Source: a candidate division WOR-3 bacterium
GTDB taxonomy: Bacteria > Hydrothermota > 32-111
Length of the DNA: 64,000 bases
Direction of reading: 5' to 3'
Assembly: GCA_039804105.1 (NCBI GenBank)
Contig: JBDRZU010000001.1
Coordinates: forward strand, 834,602-898,601
Part shown: positions 59,998 to 64,000 of the stretch, piece by piece
Layout of the letters: the number at the start of each line of letters is the position of its first letter
Position numbering within the stretch: position 1 is the first letter of the stretch
Position numbers and translations under genes: made by a program
Notes under the pieces: model-generated
Database searches by the model: none
The model's input: only the letters and a program-made list of their open reading frames with translations
Told to the model about the DNA's origin: nothing

Positions 59998-61725
59998 TTA
60001 TTTTTTCTTTCTAAAACTTTTTAAGAATGATGCTTTGTTATCAACTTCTTGAACATTCGAAAGGATCTCTTCCATGGATGCTGTTTGTTGTTCAATCGAT
60101 GCTGCTATCTCCTCAGTGTTCGCAGATGTTTTCTCTGAAAGTTCTGCTATGTTTGAAATTTTTTCTATATATTTGTTTATAAGTTCCATCTGCTCTTCTG
60201 AAGAATAGTATATTTCTTTGATCATGTTGACCGTAAGAGTTATCGCTTTAGAAATCTGTTGGAATTCATTCTTTGTGTCATCCATCAATTTTTTTCCTTC
60301 AGAAACATTGTTATGCTGATTTTTAATCAGTTCGGCAGTACTTTTGATGTCATCTTTAATTTCATCTATTAGACGGGATATTCTCTCCGTTGAATTCGCG
60401 GATTGCTCAGCAAGTTCCCTTATCTCTTCAGCGACAACAGCAAAGCCTTTTCCATACTCTCCAACCCTTGCTGCTTCTATAGCCGCATTTAAAGCGAGTA
60501 GATCTGTCTGTTCTGAAATTTTCGTAATTATTTCCACTATTTCATTGATCTGTTCTGATCGGTTTTGTAAGAACTCTATTTTTTCAAGCGCTTTGTTGAC
60601 ATTCAAAACTATAAAATCGAAATTTGTCATCGTTTTATCAACTTTATCAAGACCAAGAGTTGTTGCATCGTTTGCCTTTTTTGAGGCCGTCTGCGCCATA
60701 TTTATTTTTGATGAAACACTTTCAGATAAAGTTTTTATTTTCAATGCATCATTTTTTGCTATTTTTGTATTATTTGATTGCTCCTCCATATCATGCGCAA
60801 TTTCTTGAACAGTTGAGGAAATTTCTTGTGAAGAGGCAGTAATCTCTTCTCCTGTTGCTGCAAGCTGACTTGTTATCGTTGAAAGTTCATCGGCAATATT
60901 CAGTAATGTTTGAATAAACTTTTCATACCTTTTTAAACTCTTGTTCAACTCTGATACAAGATCCCCGATTTCATCGTTCACATATATTGAAATGTTTTCA
61001 CCAGATTCGCCCTCTTCGGAAAACAATTTTTTTATTGACTCCTTTACATTTGTTATTGGATGAACTATCGACATCAATAAAATCCAGGAAAGAAGAAAAC
61101 TAAGAACCAAAAGAATAGTATAAAGTATTATATTATGTTTGATTACAAAACTTATAAAAATTATGAATATCAAAAGAAAATTAACTGTTATAAAAAATCT
61201 CAATCCTATTGGTATTCTTTTTAAATATTTTTTTATCTTATCAAAATCATCGGGCGAAAGTTTATATTCAGATAATTTTTTTGAAAACACAAGTATTGAA
61301 AGTTGCATATTCACAAGACCCATAAAAATTGCTATAAGAAATCCATCCGTGAAACCGATTATAATAGATTTAATAGGTGAATTCGTGAAAAAAAGAATAA
61401 CTGATACAATCAAAGAACCTGAAAAAAAATGTAAAAACATATGTATCGATGAGGCAAATGGAGAATTGATCATGAATATATATTCTTTCAATTCCTTTTT
61501 TTCTATATCTCCATTATTTATCGTTAACCTGTATCTGATCCTTTGTACGATTTCATATTCTATGGCAAGTATTAAACCTAAAATTCCACCAAGGTATAAA
61601 ATGATATTTCTTTGAACCTGAGTGAATTCAACCGACTGTGGAACCATTATAACAAGTAATGGAACACCTATAAGTAGTGCTGGAAGATTTGTTGAAAGGG
61701 TAAACACATTTAATAATTTTTTCAT
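59998..61725 (-). CDS. Methyl-accepting chemotaxis protein with a multi-pass membrane N-terminal module
   Basis: It has the conserved signalling tip [35 protein letters not shown]. The N-terminal ~230 aa contain several hydrophobic helices and no obvious periplasmic ligand-binding domain. Confidence 0.85.
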   Translation of the reverse strand: MKKLLNVFTLSTNLPALLIGVPLLVIMVPQSVEFTQVQRNIILYLGGILGLILAIEYEIVQRIRYRLTINNGDIEKKELKEYIFMINSPFASSIHMFLHFFSGSLIVSVILFFTNSPIKSIIIGFTDGFLIAIFMGLVNMQLSILVFSKKLSEYKLSPDDFDKIKKYLKRIPIGLRFFITVNFLLIFIIFISFVIKHNIILYTILLVLSFLLSWILLMSIVHPITNVKESIKKLFSEEGESGENISIYVNDEIGDLVSELNKSLKRYEKFIQTLLNIADELSTITSQLAATGEEITASSQEISSTVQEIAHDMEEQSNNTKIAKNDALKIKTLSESVSSKINMAQTASKKANDATTLGLDKVDKTMTNFDFIVLNVNKALEKIEFLQNRSEQINEIVEIITKISEQTDLLALNAAIEAARVGEYGKGFAVVAEEIRELAEQSANSTERISRLIDEIKDDIKSTAELIKNQHNNVSEGKKLMDDTKNEFQQISKAITLTVNMIKEIYYSSEEQMELINKYIEKISNIAELSEKTSANTEEIAASIEQQTASMEEILSNVQEVDNKASFLKSFRKKK

Positions 61726-61770
61726 ATTTTATTATTTATCTTAACATAATTTTTTTTCAAGTCAATATAT

Positions 61771-63801
61771 TCAAAATGTAGTTGAAGAATTTATTGATAA
61801 AGATCCATAATAACTATTAGTCAATAAATCCAGATGAAAACATGGATAAAAATTCAAACTGATAAATTTAAATTTCAACCTCAGATCTGGAGAAAAAGAT
61901 AGACACATTTTCTTTAAACCACCAAAATCTTTTTTCAAAAAGATTTGAGTAAATAATCCCATAGAGAATCTATTTTTAGAACTTAAATACCCAAAATATA
62001 AACCATATTTTTCATCTATAATCCTCTCTATTTTTTCATCGGTTATCAATGTTTTAAAACTCGCAGATGTTCTAAAAGTATTTTTATAAGTTGAAGAAAA
62101 TAAAAAATTATACTCTGTCGAAAGATTTTTTTCTTCTTCAGAAAATTTATAGTTTGTTTGATTTATAAAAAATTTTCCTGAAAGATCAAATTCATTTAAT
62201 TTTGTATCATAGAATGTTCCGGTTGTTATTTTTAAGATAAAATTTTTATTATTTTCAAAATTTTCTCTTGAAAAGATATTGTTTGTGATAGAAAAAAACA
62301 AAGATGGGAGATTTTTGTTTGAATATATAAGATTCAAATTTGTAAAGAGATCATTACGAGTTGAGTTAAAAAATAAAATTTTATTCTGCTCATCGTTTTT
62401 AACAACAAGATCTCCTGCTAAAACAAGATCTTTTGTTATGAATATTTGATTTTTGAAAAGAAATCTAATGTAGTCGTGATAAAACAAATTAGGATCATAG
62501 TGTGAAATTGTCATCAAATATGTTAGAGCATAATATTTTTTTAAATCAATTTCAATTCCAACTTTATGTGAAAATTTGTTTAAATTCACTATACCATTAA
62601 AAAAATCGTTTCCTAAAAAGACAAATGGAGATGAAATGTTAAAGAATAGTTTTCCTTTTTTGTTGAGATATAGATTGTTTTTTAATTTGAAGTTTATATA
62701 AAACAGAGAATCCTTTAACACCATATTTTCAAATCCAAAGCCATAGAACTTAAATTTTTTATCAAAAGTTATACTGGAGAAAATTTTCTTAGAATCCATT
62801 ATTTCCCCGATAATATTTGAGAGACAAGTTAAAGAATCTTGATAGGAAAAGGAAAATCCTTTTAAAGGTATCAAACCATAATTCGAAAAACTATCATAAT
62901 AATAGAGATCAAGTAAATTCAAATTAACTTTTTTGAAATTGAGATGAATGTTTATTTTATTTTTATTCCAAAAATTTTCTCCCCAGAATATACTATTTTG
63001 TATTTTAAAATTGTATAAAAAATTACTAACGTTTCCGTAAAAATAAATCAAGTATGAGTTAAAAAAATTATTCAAAATATTTGGTTCATATCTAAAGTTA
63101 TACGACATTTCTCCATTAAAAAGGTTTTTAAAGAAATCTTTATTTGAAATATTAAAATAATAAGTTTTGGCCAGTTTTCCTTCCTTTACAAGATCTATCC
63201 TGTATCTTGATGGTTTTAAAAGTTTTTCTGGTGCATAGGTTAATATTTTTTCTCCAATTAAACATTTTTTTGTTATATCCTCTCCATCCATTACTATTTT
63301 TACATCTTTTGTTCCCTCAGGTATATAAACTGAAAATGTAAAATTATCAGGATCAATTTTTCTTTCATTTTCAGGTAACAATAAAATGATTTCCTTTTTT
63401 AACTCTTTTTCTTTTACAAACTTTACCATATTGTTCGTTCTTTCCTGTATCATCTCTGGTAAATATTCTAAGTTATTATCTTTTGTTAAAATTTCAAAAT
63501 AGTAATAGAAATCTTTTTTCGGTAACGAATCAAAAAGTATTGAAACAAAAGCTTTATTTCCATCAAAATTCATTTTAAATCTTTTTTCAACATTAAAATC
63601 CGAAAGAATAATATATATTTCTTTAATTCTATAGGGATCCTCTTTAAAAATTAAAAAAATCGTAAAATTTTCTCCCTTATAAAGTTCATCTATTTTTGAG
63701 TAATCTGCTACAAATCCGGAAGAAATTTTTAAACATAAAAAAACAAAAATAACAATTAAAAAAAATTTTTTAATTTTCAATATGAACATAAATCGTATCA
63801 T
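61771..63801 (-). CDS. Hypothetical large outer-membrane-type protein
   Basis: The 676-aa product has an N-terminal hydrophobic signal-like segment. The C-terminal two-thirds are rich in alternating aromatic/polar beta-strand-like segments and end in ...INSSTTF (terminal Phe). Confidence 0.4.
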   Translation of the reverse strand: MIRFMFILKIKKFFLIVIFVFLCLKISSGFVADYSKIDELYKGENFTIFLIFKEDPYRIKEIYIILSDFNVEKRFKMNFDGNKAFVSILFDSLPKKDFYYYFEILTKDNNLEYLPEMIQERTNNMVKFVKEKELKKEIILLLPENERKIDPDNFTFSVYIPEGTKDVKIVMDGEDITKKCLIGEKILTYAPEKLLKPSRYRIDLVKEGKLAKTYYFNISNKDFFKNLFNGEMSYNFRYEPNILNNFFNSYLIYFYGNVSNFLYNFKIQNSIFWGENFWNKNKINIHLNFKKVNLNLLDLYYYDSFSNYGLIPLKGFSFSYQDSLTCLSNIIGEIMDSKKIFSSITFDKKFKFYGFGFENMVLKDSLFYINFKLKNNLYLNKKGKLFFNISSPFVFLGNDFFNGIVNLNKFSHKVGIEIDLKKYYALTYLMTISHYDPNLFYHDYIRFLFKNQIFITKDLVLAGDLVVKNDEQNKILFFNSTRNDLFTNLNLIYSNKNLPSLFFSITNNIFSRENFENNKNFILKITTGTFYDTKLNEFDLSGKFFINQTNYKFSEEEKNLSTEYNFLFSSTYKNTFRTSASFKTLITDEKIERIIDEKYGLYFGYLSSKNRFSMGLFTQIFLKKDFGGLKKMCLSFSPDLRLKFKFISLNFYPCFHLDLLTNSYYGSLSINSSTTF

Positions 63802-64000
63802 TTTTGTAGTTTTCTAACTCTATTTCTATAATATTATTACCACTATAGGTTTTTGGTTTAGAAATTTCTTTTTTTGATTGAACTTTATAGGGGTTTTCCC
63901 CTTTTTTTATAATTATCTGTTCATTTTTTGATCCATTTATTTTACCATACTCATTTTCAACTTCTAAATTTTTACAATAAATTATAAAAATTTTTGCTAG
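63770..64000 (-). CDS. 3' end of an unidentified ORF whose start lies beyond the right edge
   Basis: The manual reverse-complement frame is open from 64000 down to the TAA at 63772-63770 (...YGKINGSKNEQIIIKKGENPYKVQSKKEISKPKTYSGNNIIEIELENYKNDTIYVHIEN*). It overlaps the start of the downstream 676-aa ORF by about 32 nt. It is not in the track because no start codon is in the window. Confidence 0.35.
   Translation of the reverse strand, partial: LAKIFIIYCKNLEVENEYGKINGSKNEQIIIKKGENPYKVQSKKEISKPKTYSGNNIIEIELENYKNDTIYVHIEN

Noticed and set aside
1-64000. Scanned for a CRISPR array, tRNA/rRNA genes, IS elements, integrases, toxin-antitoxin pairs and known defence-system genes
   Set aside because: I noticed no spaced direct repeats and no intergenic gap larger than about 130 bp. 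I saw no transposase, integrase, Cas or restriction-enzyme motifs in any listed ORF. The window looks like core chromosome rather than an accessory island.

Overview
This is a very AT-rich, almost entirely coding bacterial chromosome segment. The largest non-coding gaps are about 100-130 bp, and the standard genetic code fits. I saw no rRNA, tRNA, CRISPR array, transposase or integrase.

Layout, left to right:
- (1) The 5' part of a large secreted surface-protein gene on the minus strand. It runs off the left edge, so it is missing from the ORF track.
- (2) A GntR-type regulator and the CCA-adding enzyme.
- (3) A minus-strand housekeeping block: lolD, Lol permease, lysS, prfB, a HIT protein, an endonuclease Q-like PHP protein, a SAM methyltransferase, a tRNA-dihydrouridine synthase and an M23 peptidase.
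- (4) A near-canonical dcw cluster on the plus strand: mraZ, a STAS-domain ORF, rsmH, ftsL, ftsI, murE, murF, mraY, murD, ftsW, murG, murC, murB, ftsQ, ftsA, ftsZ.
- (5) A 16.6-kb minus-strand block. Glycan-assembly genes (two GT4, one GT2, Wzy-like, Wzx-like) surround holA, a coiled-coil/zinc-ribbon protein and a type IX secretion (T9SS) attachment-type trio. The trio is a beta-propeller-like protein with a T9SS C-terminal domain, a 1501-aa C25/PorU-like peptidase with the same domain, and a PorV/PorQ-like beta-barrel.
- (6) A tightly packed plus-strand unit: a 1262-aa TPR protein, a coiled-coil/TPR protein, an acidic protein, pyrR, pyrB, pyrC and an 852-aa protein with a divergent class III cyclase-like domain.
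- (7) rpmE, rho, a methyl-accepting chemotaxis protein, a large outer-membrane-type protein and a partial ORF at the right edge.

The Lol system, OM beta-barrels and T9SS sorting domains indicate a diderm, FCB-group-like or candidate-phylum lineage. I cannot name the lineage.

The most noteworthy items are:
- the PorZ-like/PorU-like/PorV-like module embedded in a Wzx/Wzy glycan locus;
- the cyclase-like protein translationally coupled to pyrRBC;
- a six-unit, 10-bp-phased TGG repeat array over the mraZ promoter;
- a STAS-domain gene inserted between mraZ and rsmH.

All functional calls come from motif recognition by eye. No database search was run.
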